In this document: piece after piece, positions 1-9,499 of the stretch | Position numbering within the stretch: the first letter of the stretch is position 1 | Layout of the letters: each line of letters begins with the position of its first letter | Assembly: GCA_963760615.1 (NCBI GenBank) | Contig: CAVXDX010000008.1 | Location: 32,001 to 96,000, forward strand | From: an uncultured Candidatus Micrarchaeota archaeon | GTDB lineage: Archaea > Micrarchaeota > Micrarchaeia > Burarchaeales > Fermentimicrarchaeaceae | Direction of reading: 5' to 3' | DNA length: 64,000 nt | Position numbers and translations under genes: made by a program | Notes under the pieces: generated by a model | The model's database searches: none | Seen by the model: the letters and a program-made list of their open reading frames with translations, nothing else | Told to the model about the DNA's origin: nothing

Positions 1-1265
1 GTGGTGTAGCTCCACAGCGTTTGAAGAGTGCCCCCATGGCTCAGGTAAAACTTGTTCACTATCCTCACAGTGCCGTCGTAACCCCCTATTATTAACGAAT
101 CATTTGTAACTATGGGAGTGGCGTAGATCGCAGAGCCCATATCAACCTGGTCGCATGAAGGGGTTGACAGTGTGGTGTCAATAGCACATATCCCCTTCCT
201 GAAAGGCGCGTTCACATTGGCGCAGCCGATGTATATAATTCCATTGTCGAACACTGGGGATGAAGTGAACCTAAGGCCGAAACGTGTAACAGGCCACCCA
301 ACCAGCTCATATCCCGTCGTCGCATTTACTGCATCCACGCTTACCTCATTGGTGAAGTAGACGACCCCATTGGCGACTGCGGGCGATGGGTCAACAAAGA
401 GGTTCATGCTTGCGGAAGACAGACTGTAACTCCACAGCTGCATGCCAGTATCCTCGTCAAGCGCGTAGAGGTGACCCATGAAACCATCATTTGAGAACAC
501 AATTACCTCTCTGTTGTATATGACAGGCGTGGCGGTTATATTTTGGGTTGGCATACTAAAACTGACATTCCAGATGGAGTTTCCTGAGCTCAGGTCCACT
601 GCCGCTACGGAACCGTTGGTGACACCCAGGAACAATTTTCCGTTGTGGACTATTGGGGAGGATATGACATCACCCCCGAGTGTGGAATTCCAAACAATGT
701 TGCTAAGCTCATCATATGCATAGATGCTTTTGTTGAGGGTGCCAATGAATATGCGGCCGTTGTACAGCAGTGGAGTGGCGTCAGCCGGTATTGGCTGGTA
801 CCGGGGCAGTACAGCACCAGTATTCTCGTCAAAGACATGGGTGCCATTCTCGGATGCCATGACAATCTTACCATAGTAGACTATGGGAGTGGTGTGAACC
901 TGTGTTGTGATTCCTAGACCATGCGGGCCGATTTCTAGTTTCATCCAAGTGGAGTTGGACTGGGGGTATACTGACGCTACGGAAACATTGTGGTCGAATG
1001 TCCTCTCGAACATAGGCCACATTGCGAGGGAGTTATGTCGTATGTAGAGAAGGCTGTTGGTGTATGGATACTGCGGATTGCCCTGGACATCCCTGAGCCT
1101 GATGCTGCTCAAAGCAAGCAATGTGTCGCTTGCCACCTGTTGGGGCTGGTCGGTGTACACTCTTGGGTTATAGGTCAGAAGCATGAGAATTGAAAGTATT
1201 ATGGTTATAAGGTAGAAGGCAAGCACCGCATCTGCAGTGAAGATGAATGCTCTGCGGGCTTTCAT
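1..1265 (-). CDS. Secreted PQQ/BamB-like beta-propeller repeat protein, 3' end cut by window edge
   Basis: Not in the ORF track (no stop in window). Manual translation from ATG at 1265: MKARRAFIFTADAVLAFYLITIILSILMLL (basic, then hydrophobic), followed by repeated 'SSPIVHNGKLFLG...AVDLSSGNSIWN'-type blades. Confidence 0.8.
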   Translation of the reverse strand, partial: MKARRAFIFTADAVLAFYLITIILSILMLLTYNPRVYTDQPQQVASDTLLALSSIRLRDVQGNPQYPYTNSLLYIRHNSLAMWPMFERTFDHNVSVASVYPQSNSTWMKLEIGPHGLGITTQVHTTPIVYYGKIVMASENGTHVFDENTGAVLPRYQPIPADATPLLYNGRIFIGTLNKSIYAYDELSNIVWNSTLGGDVISSPIVHNGKLFLGVTNGSVAAVDLSSGNSIWNVSFSMPTQNITATPVIYNREVIVFSNDGFMGHLYALDEDTGMQLWSYSLSSASMNLFVDPSPAVANGVVYFTNEVSVDAVNATTGYELVGWPVTRFGLRFTSSPVFDNGIIYIGCANVNAPFRKGICAIDTTLSTPSCDQVDMGSAIYATPIVTNDSLIIGGYDGTVRIVNKFYLSHGGTLQTLWSYT

Positions 1266-1378
1266 GGTAATAGTATTAATTCAGGGGGTATAAAAATTTA
1301 TGTAGACGATAGAGAGGGCGCAAGGCAAGAAAGAAGCTTGAGTCTGAAGCCCCGAGTTGGTTTTGACTCATGCTTTAG

Positions 1379-2687
1379 CAGAAGCGAGTGAGAAACCCAC
1401 ACTCTTGAGAGGTGGGATGAAAGCGAATCTATAAGAGAGGATTCAGATGCCCTAATAACAACTTCACTGGAAAGTTACCCCTCCCAGAGGTTTATAAAGG
1501 GAAAAATAACTTAAAATAACACCTATGAGCGCCTATAAATTCAGGATATACCCATCGAAGAATCAGGAAGGGCAAATGCAGACGCATCTCTGGCTGGCAA
1601 AGAACCTCTGGAATGAGATGCTTGCATTCACCAAGGAGATTTACAACAACCATGGAAAATTCCCAACAAAGAGAACCTTAAGGGAAATGGTCAAACAATC
1701 CGGTCTATTCTCCCAAGTTGGCCAGGAGCTTGTAGACAGGTTGATTGATGCTCTTCATAGGAAAATAGAGATGAAGAAAAACGGGGAGAAAGGCGGCTTC
1801 CCGCGCTTCAAGTCTCTTGACAGGATGAAAAGCTTATGTTACCCGCAATCTGGTTTCTGGCTTGACAAGAAACTCAAAGTGACTCCTTTTGGCGAGATTG
1901 CAATAAAGAAGCACAGGAAGATAGCCGGAAAAATCAAGACTCTTACTCTGAAAAGAGAACCAACGGGAAAATGGTTTGCTGTTTTCTGTGCCGACACTCC
2001 TAAAGAAACTCCAAAAGAAAACAAGGGAGAGGCAGTTGGAATTGACTTGGGCTTGAAGACATTTGCAACCTTGTCAAATGGAATGAAAATAGAAAACCCA
2101 AGGCATTCCAAAAAATATGAGGAGAGACTTGCCTTTGTTCAAAGAAAGTTTTCAAAGAGGGAAAGAAGAAGCAACAACAGGAAGCGAGCAAAACAGAGAC
2201 TCGCAAAACTGCATGAAAAAATTTCAGATTGCAGGAGGAACTTCCTGCACAAGATTTCGACTGAATTAGTGAATTATTATGCCCTCCTTGTATTGGAGAA
2301 ACTTGCCTCACAGGAAATGGCTGAACAGAATTACGGAAAGCAGATAAGAGATGCGGGATGGAGTATGTTTGCAAACATGCTTGCATACAAGGCGGAAGGA
2401 GCTGGATGCAGGGTAGTGTTTGTAGACCCTGAAAATACTTCGAAGATGTGCAGCAGATGCGAAAACATCAGAAATGATTTGACTCTGCGGGACAGGGTGT
2501 ATACCTGTCCTGAATGTGGGTTATCAATAGACAGAGATTTAAATGCTGCACGCAATATACTCATAAGAGCTACCCCTGGGCAAGGGGGAAGTAACGCCTG
2601 CAATTCCTTGCAGAAGGAGAGAGATGTTGCATTGGCAACGTCTGTGAAGCAGGAAGTGCTCACCCTTTAGTGGTGGGAACATGTCAC
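1379..2687 (+). mobile_element. IS200/IS605-family (IS1341-like, tnpB-only) element
   Basis: Left-end hairpin CCCAC...GGTGGG at 1396-1416 after TTTAG (1374-1378); tnpB; right-end hairpin CTCACC...GGTGGG then ACATGTCAC ending 2687; no tnpA. Confidence 0.75.
1525..2670 (+). CDS. tnpB: RNA-guided endonuclease TnpB
   Basis: N-terminal YKFRIYP; RuvC-I GIDLGL, RuvC-II LVLEKL, zinc finger CSRC...CPEC, RuvC-III DRDLNAARNI; all three acidic residues present. Confidence 0.95.
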   Translation: MSAYKFRIYPSKNQEGQMQTHLWLAKNLWNEMLAFTKEIYNNHGKFPTKRTLREMVKQSGLFSQVGQELVDRLIDALHRKIEMKKNGEKGGFPRFKSLDRMKSLCYPQSGFWLDKKLKVTPFGEIAIKKHRKIAGKIKTLTLKREPTGKWFAVFCADTPKETPKENKGEAVGIDLGLKTFATLSNGMKIENPRHSKKYEERLAFVQRKFSKRERRSNNRKRAKQRLAKLHEKISDCRRNFLHKISTELVNYYALLVLEKLASQEMAEQNYGKQIRDAGWSMFANMLAYKAEGAGCRVVFVDPENTSKMCSRCENIRNDLTLRDRVYTCPECGLSIDRDLNAARNILIRATPGQGGSNACNSLQKERDVALATSVKQEVLTL

Positions 2688-2703
2688 TTAATAAATTCCC
2701 CGC
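2560..2703 (+). ncRNA. Putative omegaRNA (scaffold overlapping tnpB 3' end plus ~16-nt flanking guide); 5' boundary approximate
   Basis: Established TnpB architecture; right end ...GGTGGGAACATGTCAC at 2687 followed by candidate guide TTAATAAATTCCCCGC. Confidence 0.5.
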
Positions 2704-2791
2704 TCTTGGGTTTCCTTACTAACAAACTCTTACAATTGAATAATTTTATAAGCTATGCGCTTCAAAAGCAATATGAAGTGATGGTGATCTA

Positions 2792-2983
2792 ATGAAAGGA
2801 AAAGTAAAGATGTTTAACACCGCGCGTGGTTTTGGATTTATCACGGGCGAAGACGGCAAGGACGTGTACGTGAACGTCTCGGAGATTCAAGGCGGTGCCG
2901 TGCTCGCAGTCGGCGATGCTGTAGAGTACGATGTTGAATCAGGCGAACGCGGGCCGCGTGCAAAGAACGTAAAAAAAGTCTAA
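2792..2983 (+). CDS. Cold-shock domain protein
   Basis: MKGKVKMFNTARGFGFIT...DVYV...GPRAKNV; RNP1/RNP2-like motifs. Confidence 0.92.
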   Translation: MKGKVKMFNTARGFGFITGEDGKDVYVNVSEIQGGAVLAVGDAVEYDVESGERGPRAKNVKKV

Positions 2984-3203
2984 AAGCGTTTGCGAAACCG
3001 TAGAATGCCGCTTCTAGGATTCATCCTCCTAGCCTAGCGCAAAAACGTTAGAAAAATAGGATATGAGGGTGCAAGGCAAGGATGAAACTTAAGCATTGGT
3101 CCTTAGTGTTTTGGTTAAAAACTCTCATCCATAAAACAACTAGTAAGGATATACCTTTTCCAACTAAAGGGGTTAAAAACATTTCCATAGTAAATTCTAT
3201 CGG

Positions 3204-4138
3204 GTGTTGGATACTCTCTTGTATATCATTGTCGGTCTTGCAATCCTGGCGAAAGCGAGCGATTATGCTGTAAAATCCATTGTTAACATAGCAAGGCTCT
3301 CTCATTTCAGCGAGTTCGCGGCAAGTTTTGTAATTGTGGGCATAGCATCGGTAATGCCCGAATTCTTCGTTGCTGTGACCTCATCACTAAATAACGTTCC
3401 GCATTTCGGTCTTGGGTCCTGCTGGGCTCCAATGTCATTGACTTGACATTGGTAATCGCATTGGTGGTGCTCATTGCCGGCAGGATAAAGATAAACACAA
3501 AATTTTTGCACTGGGGGAACTGGTATGTGATAATAACTGCACTTCCAGTTTTGCTTTTGCTGGATGGCTCCCTCTCGCCTCTTGATGGGGTAATTTTGGT
3601 ATTCGTGTTTCTCTTTTATGTTACATTCATCCTCGCAAGAGGCAGGAGGATGCTTGGCGGCAGGAGTAAGGAGGATTTTGGGAAATTCCTAAAAGAATCC
3701 ATCGTAGCAGTAGTAAGTCTAGCCATCATTTTCTGGAGTGCAAACCTCGTAGTGACCAATTCAGTAGCACTCTCTGAAAAACTGTCTTTCCCCCTTGTCT
3801 TCACTGGGTTTTTTGTCGCCTTTGGAACGTGTTTCCCGGAGTTTGTATTCGCGCTAAAAGCCGCAAAAGAGAAGCACGGCGAGCTCGGCATCGGCGCGAT
3901 AATGGGCGATGTGATAGTTGACGCAACTTTTTCAATAGGTGTTGTTTCTCTGATAAGTCCCATAACTCCGCCGCTGATTATGACTGTACTGAGCGGTCTC
4001 TTCATGATAGTAGCCTCTCTGGTCGTACTGCACTTCATAAAAAATGATAAGGAGATAACGCGGAACGATGGGGTCCTCCTCCTCATCCTCTACCTTCTAT
4101 TCGGCACTGTGGAATTGTGGGTTAAGGCAGTTACTTGA
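3204..4138 (+). pseudogene. Na+/Ca2+ antiporter (CaCA family), split by a one-base frameshift near 3416
   Basis: ORFs 3204-3446 and 3443-4138 join if one G is added in CTTGGGTCC, restoring GLGVLLGSNVIDLTL; alpha-repeat motifs IASVMPE and FGTCFPE. Confidence 0.75.
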
Positions 4139-4163
4139 TATTACCCATCCAAAGCAATTAAGC

Positions 4164-4273
4164 TTGCTGCAGAATTGGACACTTTTGTTAGGGGATTGAC
4201 GAAGAAGGGGCAAGACTATAGAATGATACACTATGCAGGGGGTGCAAGGCAAGAATGATGCTTGAGTCTGAGG
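4164..4273. repeat. att-like junction (integrase-side arm + 11-bp tRNA-Leu core at 4234-4244 + far arm)
   Basis: 4164-4249 matches 17791-17876 at 73/86 nt ungapped; contains TGCAGGGGGTG; 4245-4273 matches 1321-1349 at 26/29. Confidence 0.8.
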
Positions 4274-4307
4274 TTAATATATATTTTTAACTGAGTATAG
4301 GCATATC

Positions 4308-5570
4308 ATGGCGAGAAAGCAGATAAAACTCAAGAGGACTCTCAACCTGCTCGATGCAGTGTCAATAGGACTAGGAGCGATTATTGGAGCAGGGATATAC
4401 GTTGTCGTGGGCATAGCCGCCGGGGCTGCAGGACCGGGAGTGATGCTCTCTGTCATTTTCGCTGGCATCATAGCTTTGTTCACTGCCCTTAGCTTCGCAG
4501 CGCTCAGCTCCAGAATAACGAAGGAGGGAGGGGCATACGAGTATGTGTACGAATTAATCTCACCTTCCTTGGGTTTTTTAACCGGCTGGTTTTGGGTTTT
4601 CGGGCAGATTGTTGCAGGAGCAGCCGTGAGCCTTGGGTTTGCGACATACATGGCGGTGTTAATTCCGCTGCCGGTGAAGTTTGTTGCAGCTGGTGGTTGC
4701 CTGCTTTTCATGCTTCTCAACCTGATTGGCGTGAAGCAGTCCAGCCTCGTGAATGATGCACTGGTTGCATCAAAGATACTTGTGCTATGCATCTTTGTGG
4801 CAGTTGGAGCTTCCTACATAAAATTCTCGAATTTCACTCCACTTATGCCTAATGGATTTTCAGGAGTGGTGAGCGGAGCTGCTCTGATATTCTTCGCCTT
4901 TCTCGGTTATGGTAGGATAACCACAATCTCTGAAGAGGTGAAAAACCCCGAAAAGGTGGTGCCGCTCTCAATCCTGCTCGCCCTTGGGATATCCAGCATT
5001 CTTTACCTTCTTGTGGGTTTCACTGCAGTTGGCATTGTTGGTTCCAATGCGCTTTCTTCCTCAGGCTCGCCCCTTGCCATTGCAATGGGGGCAACTGGAA
5101 ACGGACTGGCAGTGCTGGTTGTATCCATTGGTGGGATTCTGGCAACGGCGAGCGTGCTTCTCACAACAGTGCTCGGTGTTTCAAGGGTGTCATTCTCTAT
5201 GGCGAGGAATAAGCAGATTCCAGAATTCATAAATGCAATTCATCCAAAATTCATGACTCCTTACATCTCGATACTTCTTACGGGATTCCTGATGGCTGCG
5301 CTTGCCTTTTTTGGGGATTTGAAGCAGGTTGTCTCGCTTGCCAGCTTCGCCGTGATATCAACGCATGTGCTAGTCAACTATGCTGCATTTAAGGTGAGGG
5401 ACAGGTGCAGCTTCAAAATACCATTCTGCCCTGTTCCGCCTCTGCTCGGGATGGTAAGTTGCGCAGCCCTGACGCTCTCCTTACTGCCTGATGTGTGGGT
5501 GGTGGCACTGGTTGTGCTGCTTGCAGGAGTTGTCTTTTACTCAATATACAAACTCGCGGTTGTACGCTAG
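4308..5570 (+). CDS. APC-family amino acid permease
   Basis: GAIIGAGIYV TM1 motif, GYGRITTISEEVKNP, about 12 TM segments. Confidence 0.9.
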   Translation: MARKQIKLKRTLNLLDAVSIGLGAIIGAGIYVVVGIAAGAAGPGVMLSVIFAGIIALFTALSFAALSSRITKEGGAYEYVYELISPSLGFLTGWFWVFGQIVAGAAVSLGFATYMAVLIPLPVKFVAAGGCLLFMLLNLIGVKQSSLVNDALVASKILVLCIFVAVGASYIKFSNFTPLMPNGFSGVVSGAALIFFAFLGYGRITTISEEVKNPEKVVPLSILLALGISSILYLLVGFTAVGIVGSNALSSSGSPLAIAMGATGNGLAVLVVSIGGILATASVLLTTVLGVSRVSFSMARNKQIPEFINAIHPKFMTPYISILLTGFLMAALAFFGDLKQVVSLASFAVISTHVLVNYAAFKVRDRCSFKIPFCPVPPLLGMVSCAALTLSLLPDVWVVALVVLLAGVVFYSIYKLAVVR

Positions 5571-5675
5571 GGGGAGGGTGTTGGAGTTTGGGTTTATAAA
5601 TCGCTTTTATAAAATTGTGCACCGAGTATTCAAAATTGCTCTCCGCGGAATTTCCTTTACTAAATATATTTAAAC

Positions 5676-5691
5676 TTTAGGTTCACCTAAA
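5676..5691. promoter_or_regulatory. DtxR/MntR-type operator
   Basis: Perfect inverted repeat TTTAGGT-TC-ACCTAAA between the TATA box (TTTAAA ~5669-5674) and the start of the DtxR-family gene. Confidence 0.75.
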
Positions 5692-5696
5692 TCAGC

Positions 5697-6338
5697 ATGC
5701 AAAAAATCAGCCCAGAGATTGAGGAGTACCTTGAGACAATCTACAGAATAAAAGAGAAGGGCAAGGATGCGAAAACTACCGAGGTAGCCGAGGAGCTTGG
5801 AGTCTCCCCTCCAAGCGTTAGCGAGATGTTCAGGAAGATGGCGAAGGATGGACTAATAAGATACAACCGCTACAGGGGCGCATCGCTGACCAAAAAGGGG
5901 GAGGAGATTGGAGGAGGGATACTCCACAAGCACAGGCTTATTCAGAAATTTCTTATATTCCTAGGGGTGAAGAGGAAGGTTCATGACCAGGCGTGCGCTC
6001 TGGAACACGTGGTTTCGGATGAGGTTGAAAATGCGATGCAAGATACGTTACTGCACGGTCCCCATTTGAGGAAGGATGTTGTAAGGCTCAGCGAGATGAG
6101 AGAAGGAGAGGAGGGCAAGGTAGCCTTCGTAATGGGTGGGAGAAGTGCTTCGCAGAGGCTTGCGGACATGGGCTTGACTCCAGGAAGCGGGGTGAAGATG
6201 TTGCGTGCTTCCAGCTATGGCGGTCCTCTGAACCTGAGCATTTGCGGCTATAGCCTCGCTCTTGGAATAGGTGTAGCGTCCAAGGTTTTCGTCCATGTTC
6301 ACCATCAGGAACATCACAGAGTCAAGAGGTCTGAGTAA
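5697..6338 (+). CDS. DtxR/MntR-family metal-dependent repressor with C-terminal FeoA domain
   Basis: EEYLETIY...SPPSVSEM HTH, KHRLI, ACALEH; FeoA motif RLADMGLTPG; His-rich tail. Confidence 0.9.
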   Translation: MQKISPEIEEYLETIYRIKEKGKDAKTTEVAEELGVSPPSVSEMFRKMAKDGLIRYNRYRGASLTKKGEEIGGGILHKHRLIQKFLIFLGVKRKVHDQACALEHVVSDEVENAMQDTLLHGPHLRKDVVRLSEMREGEEGKVAFVMGGRSASQRLADMGLTPGSGVKMLRASSYGGPLNLSICGYSLALGIGVASKVFVHVHHQEHHRVKRSE

Positions 6339-8270
6339 ATGAAAAAGCTGAAAGTTGCACTAGCAGGTAACGCAAACGTAGGCAAATCGGTGATTTTCAA
6401 CGATCTCACAGGGCTTCACCAGCACATAGGGAACTGGCCAGGCAAGACAATTGAGAGGGCAGAGGGCACGCTGCGCTTCGGGAAATATGAGGTGGACGTG
6501 ATGGACCTGCCTGGAATATACTCGCTCTCAACCTTTTCCCAGGAGGAGGTGATATCGCGCGGGTACATAGCAAAGGAGAAACCCGATGTTGTTGTGAATG
6601 TGATTGATGCTTCCGTTCTTGAGAGAAACCTCTTTCTGACCCTCCAGCTGCTGGAGCTTGAAGCGCCTCTTGTGATAGCACTGAATATGGTAGACAGCGC
6701 TAAGAAAAAGGGCATAGTGGTAGATTCAAAGAAGCTTTCGAAGATTCTGGGCGTGCCAGTCGTGGAAACTATCGCACCAAGAGGAATTGGCATAAAAGAG
6801 CTGATGGAGGCTGTTGTGGATGTTGCAGAAAATCCCAGGAAGCAGTTCAAGCCATCCTACAGCAAGCCTATAGAAGATGCAATCCGGAAGATGATGGTGC
6901 CTATTGAAAAATGCGATGTGGTGTACCCCCCTCGGTGGATGGCGATGAAGCTTCTTGAGTGCGATGCGGAGGTGGAGGAGTTAACCAGAAGAAAGTGCCC
7001 CTCCGTGCTTCCGCTCGCCAAAAAACTCAGGCAGGAACTGGAAGGCTCGAAGAAGGAGATATGCTCAATGGCAATAACTTCCGAGAAATACCTCATTTCA
7101 AAACGCATAATAGATGAAACCCAGAGAATAAAGACCCCTGAAAAACCATCCCTTGAGAGCAGGCTGGACGGGGTGCTTCTGCACAGGATATGGGGTTATG
7201 TATTTCTTATAGCAGTTGGAGTCGTGGTATTCGGATTGGTTTTCAGCATGGGGGGCTTGCTCTCCTCAGCCCTCTCTGATGTGCTGGTAGGATTAAAACT
7301 GCCTGTCAGAGAAGCTTTTGGAGGAGGACTTCTTGCGGATATCGTATGGAACGGCATATTTGAAGGCGTTATCGCAGGGATTACGATAGCCATACCGTAT
7401 ATCCTGCCATTCTATATACTGCTCTCTATTCTTGAGAGCTCAGGCTACCTTGCAAGGATGGCTTTTCTCATGGACAATGTGATGCACCAGATTGGGCTTC
7501 ACGGGAAAGCATTCATCCCGCTTATACTCGGATACGGGTGCAATGTCCCAGCGTGCCTCGGCTGCAGGGTTATGGAGGACGAGAGGGAGAGGATTACGGC
7601 AGGGTTTGTCGTTACTTTGGTACCTTGTTCCGCGAGAACCGTTGTCATACTTGGGCTGGTTGGAACCTTTCTGGGTTTGAAATGGGCTCTGGCGATATAC
7701 GTGTTCAATCTCCTTGTCATATTCCTTCTTGGAAGGCTGGCATTCAAGATTCTGCCAGGCGAGCCAATGGGCCTGATAATGGAGATGCCGCCCTACAGGA
7801 TGCCCCAAATGGACTCTATCGCGAAGGAGAGTTGGGGGAGGATTAGCGATTTCGTTCTCATGGCATTCCCGGTGATAATCATCTCAACGTTCGCAATAGA
7901 GCTGTTCTATCTCGCCGGACTCGTGCAGGTGATTTCAAACCTGCTGAGCCCAATAACTGTTGGCTGGCTAGGGCTCCCCGCGGTTATTGGCATAACACTC
8001 ATATTCGGAATTCTCAGAAAGGAGCTAACACTCATAATGCTGGCGAGCGCATTTGGAACGCAGAATTTTGGAGCAGTTCTCAGCCCAGTTCAGATGGTCG
8101 TTTTCACATTGGTGACACTTTTCTACATTCCATGTGCCGCCACAATAAGTGCCCTTGTTAAAGAGTTTGGGTGGAGAAAAGCGCTTTACATAACAGTATT
8201 CGAAATAGGGTTCGCCTTGCTGCTGGGAGGGATAGCATTTAGGCTGCTGAGCATTTCTGGAGTTCTCTAA
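6339..8270 (+). CDS. feoB: Ferrous iron transporter B
   Basis: GNANVGKS, GNWPGKTIE, DLPGIYSL, NMVD GTPase motifs; gate motifs GYGCNVPA, VPCSAR, YIPC. Confidence 0.96.
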   Translation: MKKLKVALAGNANVGKSVIFNDLTGLHQHIGNWPGKTIERAEGTLRFGKYEVDVMDLPGIYSLSTFSQEEVISRGYIAKEKPDVVVNVIDASVLERNLFLTLQLLELEAPLVIALNMVDSAKKKGIVVDSKKLSKILGVPVVETIAPRGIGIKELMEAVVDVAENPRKQFKPSYSKPIEDAIRKMMVPIEKCDVVYPPRWMAMKLLECDAEVEELTRRKCPSVLPLAKKLRQELEGSKKEICSMAITSEKYLISKRIIDETQRIKTPEKPSLESRLDGVLLHRIWGYVFLIAVGVVVFGLVFSMGGLLSSALSDVLVGLKLPVREAFGGGLLADIVWNGIFEGVIAGITIAIPYILPFYILLSILESSGYLARMAFLMDNVMHQIGLHGKAFIPLILGYGCNVPACLGCRVMEDERERITAGFVVTLVPCSARTVVILGLVGTFLGLKWALAIYVFNLLVIFLLGRLAFKILPGEPMGLIMEMPPYRMPQMDSIAKESWGRISDFVLMAFPVIIISTFAIELFYLAGLVQVISNLLSPITVGWLGLPAVIGITLIFGILRKELTLIMLASAFGTQNFGAVLSPVQMVVFTLVTLFYIPCAATISALVKEFGWRKALYITVFEIGFALLLGGIAFRLLSISGVL

Positions 8271-8409
8271 ACTGCGAATCCTCTATTTGCTGAGAAGCTC
8301 CATCGACTTACCGTAGCATCCCAAGACTCCCCCGCCAACTTTTGTTATCAGTACTTCATTCCCCATCGCTGCATCCGTACCTCTCTCCAACTTTCTTAAC
8401 CCTCAGCAT

Positions 8410-8631
8410 TCAGTCATGCTCCTTGAAAGCTGCATCCTGAACAGGGTCGTTCTTCCTCAGCCATTCCATCAGCATCGCCGTATGCTCCTTCTCCTCATCC
8501 ATATTGTGCTGCAGAACTTTCTTCAGTTCAGGATCCGTTGCCGGCCCTATCCTCGACTGGTATTTGTTTATCGCGTCAAGCTCTTCAATCATCGACTGCC
8601 TCGCCATCCCCAAATCCTCCGGTTTTCCCAT
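8410..8631 (-). CDS. Small ferritin-like protein (encapsulated-ferritin/EncFtn-like)
   Basis: ARQSMIEELDAINKYQ...HNMDEEKEH diiron motifs; SD GGAGGTGA before ATG at 8631. Confidence 0.8.
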   Translation of the reverse strand: MGKPEDLGMARQSMIEELDAINKYQSRIGPATDPELKKVLQHNMDEEKEHTAMLMEWLRKNDPVQDAAFKEHD

Positions 8632-8635
8632 CCAA

Positions 8636-9499
8636 TCACCTCCAAACAATTCTCTCTATCTCCCCAACCATCTTTCTGAAAGCATACGCAGCTTTTCCCT
8701 TCCCAAGCACAGGAGGCACTCCATCCGCAAGCAGACGTGGCACCTCCTCGTCATATGGTATTCTTGCAACGAGCTTCCTCCCAAATTTCCTGAGAGCCTT
8801 CCTCTCGTTCCTCTTGGATATGCCCTCCTTGTTCATAACAACGCAGTATCGTATCCTGAAATGCCTCACGACCTGCAGAGCCCTCTCAAGGTTGGCTGCA
8901 CCCGCAGGTGTTGGCTCGAGAACTCCTACCGCATACTCGCATCCAGCAACAGCTGCTATCACCGGGCATCCTATCCCCGCAGGTGCATCTACAAGCACAA
9001 GCTCAGCACCCCTCCTCCCAGCTATCTCATCCCCAAGTCTCCTCGCCTCATGCACGATTCTCCCGCTCCCCGACTCCCCTGGGAGAAGCCTTCCGTAAAC
9101 CAGCAGGAAGCTTTCAGTCTCTCTCACAACCATCTCTCCGCTCAGCTTTGGAGCAAGCCTGATAGCACCGTTGGGGCATGCAAGAACACACGCGCCGCAT
9201 CCCTCACAGCGAAGCTCATCAACTTCAATCCTCTCTCCAGTCGCCAGTGCTCCGAACTGGCATGCTTTCAAGCACTCCCCGCACAGCTTGCATTTCTTCC
9301 TGTCAACAACCGCAATTTTTGATGCATATATCTCCTCCTTTCTGACATCCCTTCCGGGGAAAATAATATGCTGGTTCGGGCAGTCAGCATCCCCGTCGAC
9401 CAGCACCAGCTTCCTTCTCTTTGACAGCTCCACTGCTAGCGATGAGACTACACAGGACTTGCCAGTTCCGCCCTTTCCGCTCAGAACGACGATTCTCAT
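8636..9499 (-). CDS. MinD-superfamily P-loop ATPase with inserted 2x[4Fe-4S] ferredoxin domain
   Basis: SGKGGTGKS, DGDADCPN, CKLCGEC...C / CEGCGAC...CP, DAPAGIGCP. Confidence 0.88.
   Translation of the reverse strand: MRIVVLSGKGGTGKSCVVSSLAVELSKRRKLVLVDGDADCPNQHIIFPGRDVRKEEIYASKIAVVDRKKCKLCGECLKACQFGALATGERIEVDELRCEGCGACVLACPNGAIRLAPKLSGEMVVRETESFLLVYGRLLPGESGSGRIVHEARRLGDEIAGRRGAELVLVDAPAGIGCPVIAAVAGCEYAVGVLEPTPAGAANLERALQVVRHFRIRYCVVMNKEGISKRNERKALRKFGRKLVARIPYDEEVPRLLADGVPPVLGKGKAAYAFRKMVGEIERIVWR

Noticed and set aside
1462-1485. TTCACTGGAAAGTTACCCCTCCC resembling an ORB origin box
   Set aside because: The G/C string is on the wrong side for an ORB, and the sequence is part of the IS left end, recurring at about 48076-48095.
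5571-5585. GGGGAGGGTG as another degenerate att core
   Set aside because: Lacks the CAAGGCAAG arm that accompanies the other scars; likely chance.
8410-8631. Encapsulin nanocompartment system
   Set aside because: Only the ferritin-like cargo homolog is present; no shell gene in the window and no clear targeting peptide.
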